Virus record (IMG/VR): IMGVR_UViG_3300009370_000001 | Length of the DNA stretch: 64,000 bases | Direction: 5' to 3' (one strand) | Source: a virus | Taxonomy: Duplodnaviria; Caudoviricetes | Shown: positions 43,538-52,768 of the stretch, piece after piece | How positions within the stretch are numbered: the stretch's first letter is position 1 | Layout of the letters: every line of letters starts with the position of its first letter | Translations under genes and position numbers: made by a program | Notes under the pieces: generated by a model | Seen by the model: the letters and a program-made list of their open reading frames with translations, nothing else | Database searches by the model: none | Told to the model about the DNA's origin: nothing

Positions 43538-45434
43538 ATTAATTTTATTACCCTTGTTGCTTGTTCCAGCATGCAACAAGGACTCGGGAAAGGATGCTCC
43601 CGACAGTGGCGACAGTGCCGCTGTAACTCCATTAGACCCACAAGGTCGAATTGGAGGATTTGTGACGGATGAAAATGGACAACCTATCGAAGGGGTTCTC
43701 ATTTCTGCACAAGAAACCACGGCTACGTCGGCCGCAGATGGCTCCTATACTCTTTTAGAGATGGAGCCACAAACTGACATCGTGCTTAAATTTAGTAAGC
43801 GCGGCTATGCGTCTAATTATAAGGTCACTTCATTGATGACTTGGGAAACAGTCGCATCCAACGCAACTCTTTTGTCAATTGACGGAAGCGAGACGTTCTC
43901 TAGCTTTGATGAATCTTATTTTATCATTGAGGATACTACTGTAGCTTTTGAGCCTAATAGTTTCACGGATAAATCCACAGGACAGCGTTACAATGGCGAT
44001 GTTACTGCTGAAGTTACTCACGTTGACCCGTCAACTGACGAGCTTTCTGGCGCACCCCGCGATCTGTCTGCTATTTCTAACAGTGAAGACTCTCAACTAG
44101 TTTCTTATGGAATGGTTGACGTGTCATTGTTTGGCGAGAATGGCGAAGAGCTTTCGATTGACTTGGATAAGCCCGCAACCCTGCGCATTCCAATCACCAA
44201 TGGAAGCCTTCCAGACGGTCTCAAATTGGAGCCCGGAGACATTCAGAATACTTGGTCCTTTGATCCCCTCCAGGGAACCTGGATCGAAGAAGCAACCGGC
44301 ACTGTCAGCGCCACTGACGATCAGTTGTATTTCATTTTTGAAGCTCCGCACTTTTCGTGGTGGAACTGCGATATGGGATTCGTTCCATCGTGCGCAGAAG
44401 GTCGTGTAATCGACTTTCAGGGCTTTCCGGTACGTGGAGCCGATGTGACGTGCGCCGGCGGTCAGACGACCTCTACGGCGGTCACAAATGACGATGGAGA
44501 GTATCAATGCAGCATCATGGTTGGCGATTATGTCAGCTTCACCGGCCACACTTTTGTCGGTGGACAAGATTGGCAAAAGACGAAGGGATCTATCTTTATG
44601 GATAGTGAAGGTTCATCGGCTGCAGACTGCGAACCGATTCCAGACATTCAGATTGATGTCTGTCGCATTGCGGGAGCAGTTAATATTGAAAACTATGATT
44701 CTATTGTAGATATCAATGAGCCTCAAGGCGTCGGAGCAGACGGAATTTCTGCTGTCTTTTGGGAACCCCCCGGACCTATTTCATATTGTGAAAACCCTTG
44801 GGATAGCTTAGAAGCCGGCGAATGCTGGAGTGGAACTAATGAAGAAATTGTTTCTATGTTCCCAGAGAGCGCTTTCCCTGGAATTCCCGATAGTGCCCGT
44901 TCCGCAGGCAACTGGGTTGAACTTTCCAATGATTATCGTTCTTATCGAATGGAGAAAAGCTTTGAAGGAACTTTGCCCTTTTATGTTTGGAATTCTCACG
45001 AAATGGAAGAAGGTCGTATCTTAACAGATCGCCCGGACTTCAAGCAAGGACAAAATATCAGCGTCGAAGCCGATGGCGACTTTACGTCGTATTTTGGCAC
45101 CTGGAGCGTCGAAGAATTTGCGACCATACCTGACCAAGTATATTTTTCTGCAGACAATCTAGTGTACAATGGCGGCGGCTTACTCGTAGATTATGGCAAC
45201 GCTAGTGGAGATCATGTCTTCTTTGCAGCCATTTTAGGAGAAAACCAAATGCTTTGCAAGTTTGATAACGATGGTGGGTTTATGGTACCCGCTGACGCTC
45301 TCAACAAGCTAGATGCAGGATGGGGAGGAGCATCGGTATTTAATCTATCGATGGAACTTTCCGCAGGTCCCGATGGCTTGCCAATTTATTCGCAAGTATT
45401 TTCAGGAGAAACTGTTCCTCTGCGAGTTGAGTAG
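43530..45434 (+). CDS. large lipoprotein with carboxypeptidase-regulatory-like domains
   Basis: lipobox VPAC; IGGFVTDENGQPIEG; HFSWWNCD; EGRVID...PVRGA. Confidence 0.8.
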   Translation: MNRLILLPLLLVPACNKDSGKDAPDSGDSAAVTPLDPQGRIGGFVTDENGQPIEGVLISAQETTATSAADGSYTLLEMEPQTDIVLKFSKRGYASNYKVTSLMTWETVASNATLLSIDGSETFSSFDESYFIIEDTTVAFEPNSFTDKSTGQRYNGDVTAEVTHVDPSTDELSGAPRDLSAISNSEDSQLVSYGMVDVSLFGENGEELSIDLDKPATLRIPITNGSLPDGLKLEPGDIQNTWSFDPLQGTWIEEATGTVSATDDQLYFIFEAPHFSWWNCDMGFVPSCAEGRVIDFQGFPVRGADVTCAGGQTTSTAVTNDDGEYQCSIMVGDYVSFTGHTFVGGQDWQKTKGSIFMDSEGSSAADCEPIPDIQIDVCRIAGAVNIENYDSIVDINEPQGVGADGISAVFWEPPGPISYCENPWDSLEAGECWSGTNEEIVSMFPESAFPGIPDSARSAGNWVELSNDYRSYRMEKSFEGTLPFYVWNSHEMEEGRILTDRPDFKQGQNISVEADGDFTSYFGTWSVEEFATIPDQVYFSADNLVYNGGGLLVDYGNASGDHVFFAAILGENQMLCKFDNDGGFMVPADALNKLDAGWGGASVFNLSMELSAGPDGLPIYSQVFSGETVPLRVE

Positions 45435-45453
45435 ACTAAGTAATAGGAACTTC

Positions 45454-45483
45454 GGGGGCCAGAGCAATCTGGCTCCCTTTTTT
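45454..45483 (+). terminator. intrinsic terminator
   Basis: GGGGGCCAGA-GCAA-TCTGGCTCCC followed by T6. Confidence 0.8.
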
Positions 45484-45498
45484 ATAGGAGACAAGAAA

Positions 45499-45714
45499 AT
45501 GGACAGACTTCAACAAAGGCGCGATCAAATTCGTGCACGCAACCGGGTTCGTTATACTGCGGACCAAGAAATCATGAGAACATATCACATTAATGCTGAT
45601 TTAACTCGTGAAACTACCGATGAAATCGAGAAGGCTCTGTGGGAGTTAAAAGACTCGATGGATCTGCCAACAGAAGAGATTGAATTGGCTATTGCTTCAC
45701 GTCGATTAAAATAA
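45499..45714 (+). CDS. hypothetical protein
   Basis: AGGAG RBS; start corrected from the track. Confidence 0.6.
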   Translation: MDRLQQRRDQIRARNRVRYTADQEIMRTYHINADLTRETTDEIEKALWELKDSMDLPTEEIELAIASRRLK

Positions 45715-45775
45715 ATTATTTTTTTATCCTTCTGTTAAAAAATATGGTATAATTATTAATGAAGGAGAATTATGA

Positions 45776-46222
45776 GTGGGAACTATTTTTGCGTTTAGTC
45801 TCGGATTACTTTATGCAAATTTCATGGAATGGTACGTCCACAAATATTTCTTTCATGGTCTTGGAAAAAAACAAAATAGTATTTTCGCTTTTCACCTAAG
45901 ACAGCACCATATTGAATCACGCAATAATAAGTTCCTAGATACTCGCGTAACCAAGCGCGAAACACTGGGGCTTTTAGCGTTTCTGGCGCTCTATCTGCCG
46001 CTCTATTCTGTAGTGCCCGCGTTTTATATAGCGCTGGTGGTATATGGGGCGGCATTTGTAATTGTGCACAAACTTTTACATATATACCCCCATATAGCTA
46101 AAAGGCATTTTTGGTGGCATTGGAACCACCATATGCATAATCAAAATAAAAGTTGGAACGTCGTCTTTCCTCTAATGGACTGGATCACGGGTACTTTGGA
46201 GGAACGCCAAGATGAAAGTTAA
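45776..46222 (+). CDS. fatty acid hydroxylase/sterol desaturase family protein
   Basis: His boxes EWYVHK..FH, QHH, HK..H, HWNHH; TM segments. Confidence 0.8.
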   Translation: MGTIFAFSLGLLYANFMEWYVHKYFFHGLGKKQNSIFAFHLRQHHIESRNNKFLDTRVTKRETLGLLAFLALYLPLYSVVPAFYIALVVYGAAFVIVHKLLHIYPHIAKRHFWWHWNHHMHNQNKSWNVVFPLMDWITGTLEERQDES

Positions 46223-46706
46223 AGTCGCGTTCTACAAAGGAAAGGGCAACTGGAAACATAAGATAGTGCGGTGGTGGACAAAAAGTCCCTATAGCCATGC
46301 CGAACTTATCATGCCAGACAATTACACATGGATAAGTATCAGCCCTCTTTTGACGGCCACAGTTTCAAAAAGGATTAAAACTGATTTTGATTTAGACAAT
46401 TGGGATTTTGTATCTTTAGAAATTGATGAAGTACAACATGAAGTTATTCAAGATTTTTATCAAGAAACAGAAGGGTGTAAATACGACTGGGTGGGAATGA
46501 TTTTATCTCAATTGTTGTCTTTTAATATTAAACAAAAAAACAAATGGTATTGTAGTGAATGGATCGCTTATGCTCTCCGTATTGCTGGCATAATCGATTG
46601 GAGAGTAATAAAAATTTATGATCAAAGTGATTTGTCTCCCAAAAAGCTTTATGAGATTATAACAAGCCAAAAAGAGGAACAACAAGAATGTCCTCCGGAA
46701 AATTAA
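46212..46706 (+). CDS. permuted papain-like (YiiX/YebB-type) amidase
   Basis: SPYSHAEL and KWYCSEW; YD. Confidence 0.7.
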   Translation: MKVKVAFYKGKGNWKHKIVRWWTKSPYSHAELIMPDNYTWISISPLLTATVSKRIKTDFDLDNWDFVSLEIDEVQHEVIQDFYQETEGCKYDWVGMILSQLLSFNIKQKNKWYCSEWIAYALRIAGIIDWRVIKIYDQSDLSPKKLYEIITSQKEEQQECPPEN

Positions 46707-46936
46707 TCGAAGAAATCAAGGCGGGCGATTTGGTTCTCTTAAGAGAGCGCCGCAAAAAATATAAGAAAAGGCCCGCATTAATATTAAAAGTTTTGAGCGA
46801 TCATGAGCGGATTTTTGTTGAATCTACGATCTGGACCGATTTTCACTATATGGTATACACTGAAGGAAAGACTATGTACGTGTCGGAGGGTCACATAGAT
46901 CGAGTTATAAGCAGTAATGAAGAGCCGGAAATTTAA
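46688..46936 (+). CDS. KOW/SH3-like microprotein
   Basis: IKAGDLV...ALILKV...RVIS. Confidence 0.65.
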   Translation: MSSGKLIEEIKAGDLVLLRERRKKYKKRPALILKVLSDHERIFVESTIWTDFHYMVYTEGKTMYVSEGHIDRVISSNEEPEI

Positions 46937-47123
46937 AATAGACGAATGGGTACTATATGACCCTTATCTATCTGGTGAAAACACTACACTACGACTCAAA
47001 GCAGTGGTCCTGGAGGTGCTAGAAAATGATTTATTCTATGATTACAGGATTTTTATCGACGGTAGGGGTACTATTACAAAAGTGCGGGAGGAGAATCTCT
47101 TTCTTTGTGAAGAAACTACGTAA
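46917..47123 (+). CDS. KOW/SH3-like microprotein
   Basis: FKIDEWV...AVVLEV...EENL. Confidence 0.65.
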   Translation: MKSRKFKIDEWVLYDPYLSGENTTLRLKAVVLEVLENDLFYDYRIFIDGRGTITKVREENLFLCEETT

Positions 47124-47179
47124 TAATGAGGAGCCACCATTCCGTTGCCCTTGCTGCGGTTTTGCTCCTTGCGACTGCG

Positions 47180-48076
47180 ATGACCATTAAAAAGATAAAA
47201 TTACTACTTTTAACAGCTTTAATAGTGCTCGGTTGCCAGCCAGATTATGGTATGCAGTACGAGGTGATAGAAGAGATCCAGCCAACTGAGGTAGTTGTAG
47301 ATTCGTTCGTACAACCAAGCCCTCCGACCAAATTAGATGTATTGATTGTGCTTGATACTTCGGGTTCAATGAACGATAATTTTCAACAAGTAAGCACAGG
47401 AGTGGAGTTGTTGCGCGGAGATATCGAAGCCCTAACACTTGATTATAAAATTGGCTTTATAAACTCAGGATTGGTCAGTCCGTATTTTGCTGGTCCTTAT
47501 GACTATAATTCGGATTCTATTGATTTTTTGTTGGCCCCTTATATATTGGGCGCTGATTGGTACGAAAGAGCGTTCCAGACAATGCATGGGTTCGTCTCAA
47601 GCACACCTGAAGGCATCGCATTCTTTCGAGATGATGCAGACAAATTAATTATTTTTGTTTCTGATGAAGACGAGCAAGGAGCCATCCCAACAAATACTTT
47701 TCATGATTGGCTTGTAGACAAGTTTAAAGGAGTGCAACATGACGTAGTGGCCATTGTGCAAGTTGAAGATGGTGAATGCGCAAGCACTTGGCAATATGAT
47801 GTAGGTCAGAAATTTATTGATTTAGTAGCTTATTATGGAAAAGTGGGAATTGACATTTGCAGCGATTGGGAAGCGTGGCTAGCCGACAGCACATTTTTAG
47901 TAGGTGAGATTAATTATATAAACCTCACTCAAAAACCACTCGAAGACAGCCTTGTAGTTTATAGAAACGGTCTGGAAACCGCACTATGGTATTATTTGCC
48001 TAGTACTAACACGGTATATTTAGACTTTGTGCCGGATCCGGGAGAACTCATTGAAGTAGGATATGTTGTTTTATAA
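47180..48076 (+). CDS. VWA-domain lipoprotein
   Basis: lipobox VLGC; DVLIVLDTSGSM; FVSDEDEQ; paralog of the C-terminal half of 21376. Confidence 0.82.
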   Translation: MTIKKIKLLLLTALIVLGCQPDYGMQYEVIEEIQPTEVVVDSFVQPSPPTKLDVLIVLDTSGSMNDNFQQVSTGVELLRGDIEALTLDYKIGFINSGLVSPYFAGPYDYNSDSIDFLLAPYILGADWYERAFQTMHGFVSSTPEGIAFFRDDADKLIIFVSDEDEQGAIPTNTFHDWLVDKFKGVQHDVVAIVQVEDGECASTWQYDVGQKFIDLVAYYGKVGIDICSDWEAWLADSTFLVGEINYINLTQKPLEDSLVVYRNGLETALWYYLPSTNTVYLDFVPDPGELIEVGYVVL

Positions 48077-48082
48077 AAATAC

Positions 48083-48110
48083 TTGACTTTCTTTTAGATG
48101 GTGTTATAAT
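48083..48110 (+). promoter_or_regulatory. sigma70 promoter
   Basis: TTGACT-16-TG-T-TATAAT. Confidence 0.6.
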
Positions 48111-48134
48111 ATAAAAGGAGTCAAGGAGGAAATA

Positions 48135-48350
48135 GTGGACCCGAATAACGAAAACAATAAAAGCTGGAAACAAGAAGGTATTTTTGATACTTATAACGAG
48201 GCTGATAGTACACGAGCAGTAATGCTCTCAATGAATACTGATAATAAGCTATTAGTAAAAGTAAAAAGGTGCGGACCTGGAGGAACGCGATTTAAGGTTA
48301 AATCGTACTATCCACCCGAACCTAAAAAAAATAAGAAGAGGAAAAATTAA
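48135..48350 (+). CDS. hypothetical protein
   Basis: GGAGG RBS. Confidence 0.6.
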   Translation: MDPNNENNKSWKQEGIFDTYNEADSTRAVMLSMNTDNKLLVKVKRCGPGGTRFKVKSYYPPEPKKNKKRKN

Positions 48351-48844
48351 TGACGATTCACCGCGATATGTATGATGTTAAGAAAGAAAAGCCAACTGTA
48401 ATGGTTTCTGGAGGATTTGATCCAGTGCATGCCGGACACATTCGATTAATTCGTGCGGCTGCAGAACATGGTGATGTAATCGTTATCGCCAATTCAGATG
48501 AATGGTTGTTCCGTAAAAAAGGATTTGTATTTATGGATTTTGATGCCCGGGCAGAAATTTTAAATGCAGTTAAGGGTGTTGTGGTGGTAGATTCGGTTGA
48601 TGATAGTGATGGCACTGTTTGTGATGCTATATATCGCCATCGGCCTACCTATTTTGCCAATGGTGGTGATCGAGGCCGAAATAATACTCCGGAGCAATCA
48701 GTTTGCGAAGAATTGGGAGTAGAATTATTGTGGGGAGTTGGTGGAGATAAAAAACTAGCAAGCTCCTCCGATCTTGTCGAGAACGCACGCAGTTTTGAGG
48801 AGAAGCCTCCGCGCCGGTATACTAGTAAAGTTTCCGAAAAATAA
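48350..48844 (+). CDS. cytidylyltransferase-like protein
   Basis: SGGFDPVHAGH (HxGH); ANGGDR; SSS. Confidence 0.9.
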   Translation: MTIHRDMYDVKKEKPTVMVSGGFDPVHAGHIRLIRAAAEHGDVIVIANSDEWLFRKKGFVFMDFDARAEILNAVKGVVVVDSVDDSDGTVCDAIYRHRPTYFANGGDRGRNNTPEQSVCEELGVELLWGVGGDKKLASSSDLVENARSFEEKPPRRYTSKVSEK

Positions 48845-48862
48845 TTATTTATGGAAAAGTAC

Positions 48863-48891
48863 TTGACAAATGCCAAATTTTAGATTATATT
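48863..48891 (+). promoter_or_regulatory. sigma70 promoter
   Basis: TTGACA-17-TATATT. Confidence 0.65.
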
Positions 48892-48955
48892 GTGAATTAG
48901 TGTTATTTTCCCTCGCAGGATTTATAATATGTTATATAATTGATGGAGGGTTAGG

Positions 48956-49225
48956 ATAGACTATCAAAAAAACGATATTGTGTTGGTAAAATCAGTTGCA
49001 GGCGATGCAATTCCGCTAATTCATGTTCGCCTACTAGAAAGAGAGATCAGACCGCCCTCTAAGGGAAGCACTTTTGATTGGCCCGGATATTCAGGATGGA
49101 TGGCAACGCCAATTTATCAAAAAGAGATCGAGATTTTAAAAAAAGAATGGAACATTCCATTTAAAAAAGCAAACAAAGATTTAACATTTGTTTATGATAA
49201 AAATATCATTAAAAAAATTATTTAA
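48956..49225 (+). CDS. KOW/SH3-like microprotein, possible ATA start
   Basis: GGAGG 6 nt before ATA; IDYQKNDIVLVK. Confidence 0.5.
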   Translation: MDYQKNDIVLVKSVAGDAIPLIHVRLLEREIRPPSKGSTFDWPGYSGWMATPIYQKEIEILKKEWNIPFKKANKDLTFVYDKNIIKKII

Positions 49226-49229
49226 AAAT

Positions 49230-49305
49230 TGGGGTGTAGTTCAATCGGCAGAACGTCTGACTGTTAATCAGAAAGTTGCAGGTTCGAGTCCTGCTGCCCC
49301 AGCCA
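49230..49305 (+). tRNA. tRNA-Asn (anticodon GTT)
   Basis: TGGGGTG/TGCCCCA acceptor, TCTGA-CT-GTT-AA-TCAGA, G discriminator, encoded CCA. Confidence 0.93.
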
Positions 49306-49325
49306 CACACCATAAAGGAGAAAAC

Positions 49326-49502
49326 ATGACTGTTGCAAACAATACACAGCAACTTAAAGAAGCAAAACAAGAGATTTTACAATTGCGCTTACGTATTAGC
49401 CAATTGGTTGACGAGATCACAACATTGAAGGCAGACGTTCGCACGTTCAAGAATAGTGTTGCAGAAGATGTAAAGTATTTGACCACCCGCGTCGATGGCT
49501 AA
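49326..49502 (+). CDS. short coiled-coil protein
   Basis: AAGGAG RBS; start corrected to avoid the tRNA. Confidence 0.65.
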   Translation: MTVANNTQQLKEAKQEILQLRLRISQLVDEITTLKADVRTFKNSVAEDVKYLTTRVDG

Positions 49503-49698
49503 GTGGAAAAAATTTAGTAAATTTTCACTAATTTGGTATAGCCAGCAATTTGCAATTCCTTTTTGGATTGTTGGACATATTCACTTGCATCTTAATGATT
49601 ACCGTGATATAATAGAATTATCAAGTTCGGCTGTAATGCATTTTATGGTCGCACTTGGTTTTTGGTTTGATTGGAAAAATTATGATAAAGGAGAATAA
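49495..49698 (+). CDS. small membrane protein
   Basis: two hydrophobic segments with His residues. Confidence 0.55.
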   Translation: MAKWKKFSKFSLIWYSQQFAIPFWIVGHIHLHLNDYRDIIELSSSAVMHFMVALGFWFDWKNYDKGE

Positions 49699-50172
49699 AT
49701 GTCATTTACTCAAAAATTAAAGAACCTGGAAGTTGATCCTTCCACAACGGCAACGTTGACTTATATTGATGGGGTCGATGTATTCGTACACAATGAGACA
49801 GAGATTGAAACCGCCCTGGCCGAGACCAATGTGGTAAATCAATTATGTGAATTAGTAGCCACACCCGGTTTAAATGTAACGACTGCATATGGAACTCATA
49901 TTTTGCAAGAATTGCGCAACTCCCACCTTCTCGAAGAATATGAACGTGGTAGTTTTGAGTTTTCAGATTATCTTACTGGTGTTGTCAGTGAGAATTTCTA
50001 TGAATTTGATTTCATCGATGCAAACATTCAAAAATTTGATCATAAGCGTGGCTTTTGCGAATTGCGCGCCGAGGTTAAAGTTCCAGTTGGTGAATTGATC
50101 GACGCGAGCGCTTTCTTGAGTACCTGGACCGTTTCTGTGCCGACAGAAAATGGCGTCCTTACTCTAGAGTAA
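49699..50172 (+). CDS. acidic hypothetical protein
   Basis: AAGGAG RBS. Confidence 0.7.
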   Translation: MSFTQKLKNLEVDPSTTATLTYIDGVDVFVHNETEIETALAETNVVNQLCELVATPGLNVTTAYGTHILQELRNSHLLEEYERGSFEFSDYLTGVVSENFYEFDFIDANIQKFDHKRGFCELRAEVKVPVGELIDASAFLSTWTVSVPTENGVLTLE

Positions 50173-50277
50173 AGCGCGTCCGCTGTATCGTCGGGTAAAT
50201 AATAACGATACGTGGCTGCCGAACGTCACGCAGGCAGGGGTTTACGGTCATCCTTGGACGCTTAAAACCGTTTCCTC
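50172..50277 (+). ncRNA. candidate structured RNA element
   Basis: GCGTCC/GGACGC closing stem with GTATCGT/ACGATAC and CTGCC/GGCAG hairpins in a GC-rich gap. Confidence 0.4.
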
Positions 50278-50292
50278 ATAGGCTAAACACAA

Positions 50293-51030
50293 ATGATTAT
50301 TTTTCATCAATACGGTGCACGAAGAACTGGCACCAATTATATTCAAGCCTTGTTAGAAGAAAACTATTCTAATGTAATGGTGTTAGATAATATTGTATGG
50401 AAGCACGGCCCGGCCCCATCGGCAGACGAATTTATTGGGTATTTTCTTCAAGATAGAGAAGAGCATTTTAACAACACATGCGCAGGACGCCAAGACTTAT
50501 ATGAATGTCTACAGAAAAAAGTACTTACTAATGAAGTTATACCTCTCTTAACCATTAAAAATCCCTACGCCTGGGTCGAGAGCATGTGGCGCTATGCGAA
50601 AAATTTAAGGCTATGCGATCCCCACGAATTAGGAACTAAATATGTTTTTTTGGATCCTACACAAAAATTAAGCTCTCAAGAAGAGAACATCACTGAATTA
50701 ATGAACTCATATAATCAGAGATATCAACAGTGGGGGCATACTACACGTTTTGTTGTACGATATGAGGATTTATTGATTGATTATAAATCAATTCTTTCTT
50801 TTTTCGAAGAGCAATATTCCTTGCAGCGAATTAATAAAGATTTGTTAAATATTAAAAGCGGCTGTGATCCTATACCTGTAAATTTAAAACGCATTAATCC
50901 GGATTGGGATTATGCAAATTATTATTTAACTGAAAGTTACTTAAAAAATCTACCCTCAAACATCATTGAATGTATTACAGAAGCCACAGATTGGGGCTTG
51001 TTTGAGAAATATCAATATAGTGCAATTTAG
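50293..51030 (+). CDS. sulfotransferase-like protein
   Basis: GARRTGTNY, WKHG, KNPYAW, VRYEDLL. Confidence 0.75.
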   Translation: MIIFHQYGARRTGTNYIQALLEENYSNVMVLDNIVWKHGPAPSADEFIGYFLQDREEHFNNTCAGRQDLYECLQKKVLTNEVIPLLTIKNPYAWVESMWRYAKNLRLCDPHELGTKYVFLDPTQKLSSQEENITELMNSYNQRYQQWGHTTRFVVRYEDLLIDYKSILSFFEEQYSLQRINKDLLNIKSGCDPIPVNLKRINPDWDYANYYLTESYLKNLPSNIIECITEATDWGLFEKYQYSAI

Positions 51031-51079
51031 GCAAGTGAACTATATAAGAACAGCATAAAGGCCTTTCACTTTAATTATA

Positions 51080-52417
51080 ATGGCTAAAAAAAATTACGTT
51101 TTAGATACAAGCGTGTACCTTACTGATGCAGAAGCAATTTATAGCTTTGACAATCACGATATCTTTATTCCACTGAAGGTGCTTGAAGAGGTTGACAAAC
51201 ATAAAAAACGTCAGGATTCAGTCGGGGTTAACGCACGCAAGATTATTCGCATACTAGATGAATTACGCTCTAAAGGAGATCTCCACAAGGGGATTCGTAT
51301 AGCGAAAGGAAAAGGCATTTTAAAGGTAATGTCTTATGGTTGCCTTAAAAATTCATTACAATTTCCGCCCGATCTTGATTTACGCATTCCAGATCATACA
51401 ATCATAGCGACAGCTTTGGCTGTTAAAACACTAGAACCAAAGCGTCCTATCGTTTTAGTTTCTAGAGACATTAACATGCGTGTTATTTGTGATTCTATTG
51501 GAATCGCAGCACAAGATTATATTATTGAGAGCGCAGTCACATCCTCATCAGAATTATATCAAGGGTTCATTGAATATCTGGTAGATGATGCTGTGGTTGA
51601 TAGATTTTATAATGGCGACGATATTCTTATCGAAGCAGATGAGATTGAGAGCGAGTGGCATCCGAACCAATATGTTATGATGGTATCCAATGCTCATCCT
51701 AAGAAATCAGCTTTAGCGCGCTTTGACGGTCACCACACGCCTCTTAAAAAAGTAATACATAGTAGCATTCCGGATTGGAAAATTAATTCAAGAAACAAAG
51801 AGCAGGCGTTTGCAATTGATTTGTTGATGGATCCTCGGGTGAAAATTATTAGTTTAGTAGGCAGAGCAGGCTCAGGCAAAACATTATTAGCAATTGCTGC
51901 TGGTCTTCAACAAACAATTGGTTTGAGACAAGACGAAAATTATTATTCTCGACTTATCGTGTCACGACCCGTGCAGCCTCTTGGAAAAGATATTGGCTTC
52001 CTTCCCGGAACAATGGAAGAAAAGATGCTGCCATGGCTGATGCCCATTCAAGATAATCTCAAGTTTTTAATGGGGGATAGAACGAATCTAGAAATGTATA
52101 TCGATAAAGGAAAAATCGAAATAGAAGCTTTGACATATATTCGAGGGCGCTCTATTGCCAATGCGTTTATGATCATTGACGAAGCCCAGAATCTCACTAT
52201 GCATGAAATTAAAACAATTATTACCCGGGTAGGAGATAATACTAAAATTGTATTAACTGGTGATATTGAGCAAATTGATAATATTTATGTAAATGAAACT
52301 TCTAACGGTTTGGCCCACGCAGTTGAAAAATTTAAAGAATATCCCATAGCAGGACACGTTACCTTTAAAAAAGGTGAAAGAAGCGAAGTTTCCACTCTCG
52401 CATCAAAAGTATTATAA
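51080..52417 (+). CDS. phoH: PIN-domain PhoH-family ATPase
   Basis: YVLDTSV PIN; GRAGSGKT; YIRGRS; IIDEAQN; GDIEQID. Confidence 0.93.
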   Translation: MAKKNYVLDTSVYLTDAEAIYSFDNHDIFIPLKVLEEVDKHKKRQDSVGVNARKIIRILDELRSKGDLHKGIRIAKGKGILKVMSYGCLKNSLQFPPDLDLRIPDHTIIATALAVKTLEPKRPIVLVSRDINMRVICDSIGIAAQDYIIESAVTSSSELYQGFIEYLVDDAVVDRFYNGDDILIEADEIESEWHPNQYVMMVSNAHPKKSALARFDGHHTPLKKVIHSSIPDWKINSRNKEQAFAIDLLMDPRVKIISLVGRAGSGKTLLAIAAGLQQTIGLRQDENYYSRLIVSRPVQPLGKDIGFLPGTMEEKMLPWLMPIQDNLKFLMGDRTNLEMYIDKGKIEIEALTYIRGRSIANAFMIIDEAQNLTMHEIKTIITRVGDNTKIVLTGDIEQIDNIYVNETSNGLAHAVEKFKEYPIAGHVTFKKGERSEVSTLASKVL

Positions 52418-52468
52418 AAAAAGTTGCATAATCAATAAAGGTATGTTATAAATAAAATAGGAGTTATT

Positions 52469-52768
52469 ATGAGCGACACAGATACCACAGTCACAGAAGA
52501 AGATTTGCATTCAAATCCTCTCTTGGCCGCACCAGTTGAAGGGACCACAGAACTTAAAGAATTTTTGGTTAATTATACTGGCACCAAATTACAACCAGAA
52601 GATGAGCAGGTCACTGTTCATATGATAGCTGAAACAGTGGCAGCGGAATTCCCAGAGTTTATGTTCGCAATCGCAGAAGAAAACTTTTTAAGAGGATACC
52701 AACTAGGATTAGAAGATGCTACAACACTTGAAACAGAAACAGAAGCAGATACAGGAAATGAAGAGTGA
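52469..52768 (+). CDS. acidic hypothetical protein
   Basis: AGGAG RBS. Confidence 0.65.
   Translation: MSDTDTTVTEEDLHSNPLLAAPVEGTTELKEFLVNYTGTKLQPEDEQVTVHMIAETVAAEFPEFMFAIAEENFLRGYQLGLEDATTLETETEADTGNEE

Noticed and set aside
49188-49325. N-terminal extension of ORF 49188-49502
   Set aside because: It reads through tRNA-Asn; the real RBS precedes ATG 49326.
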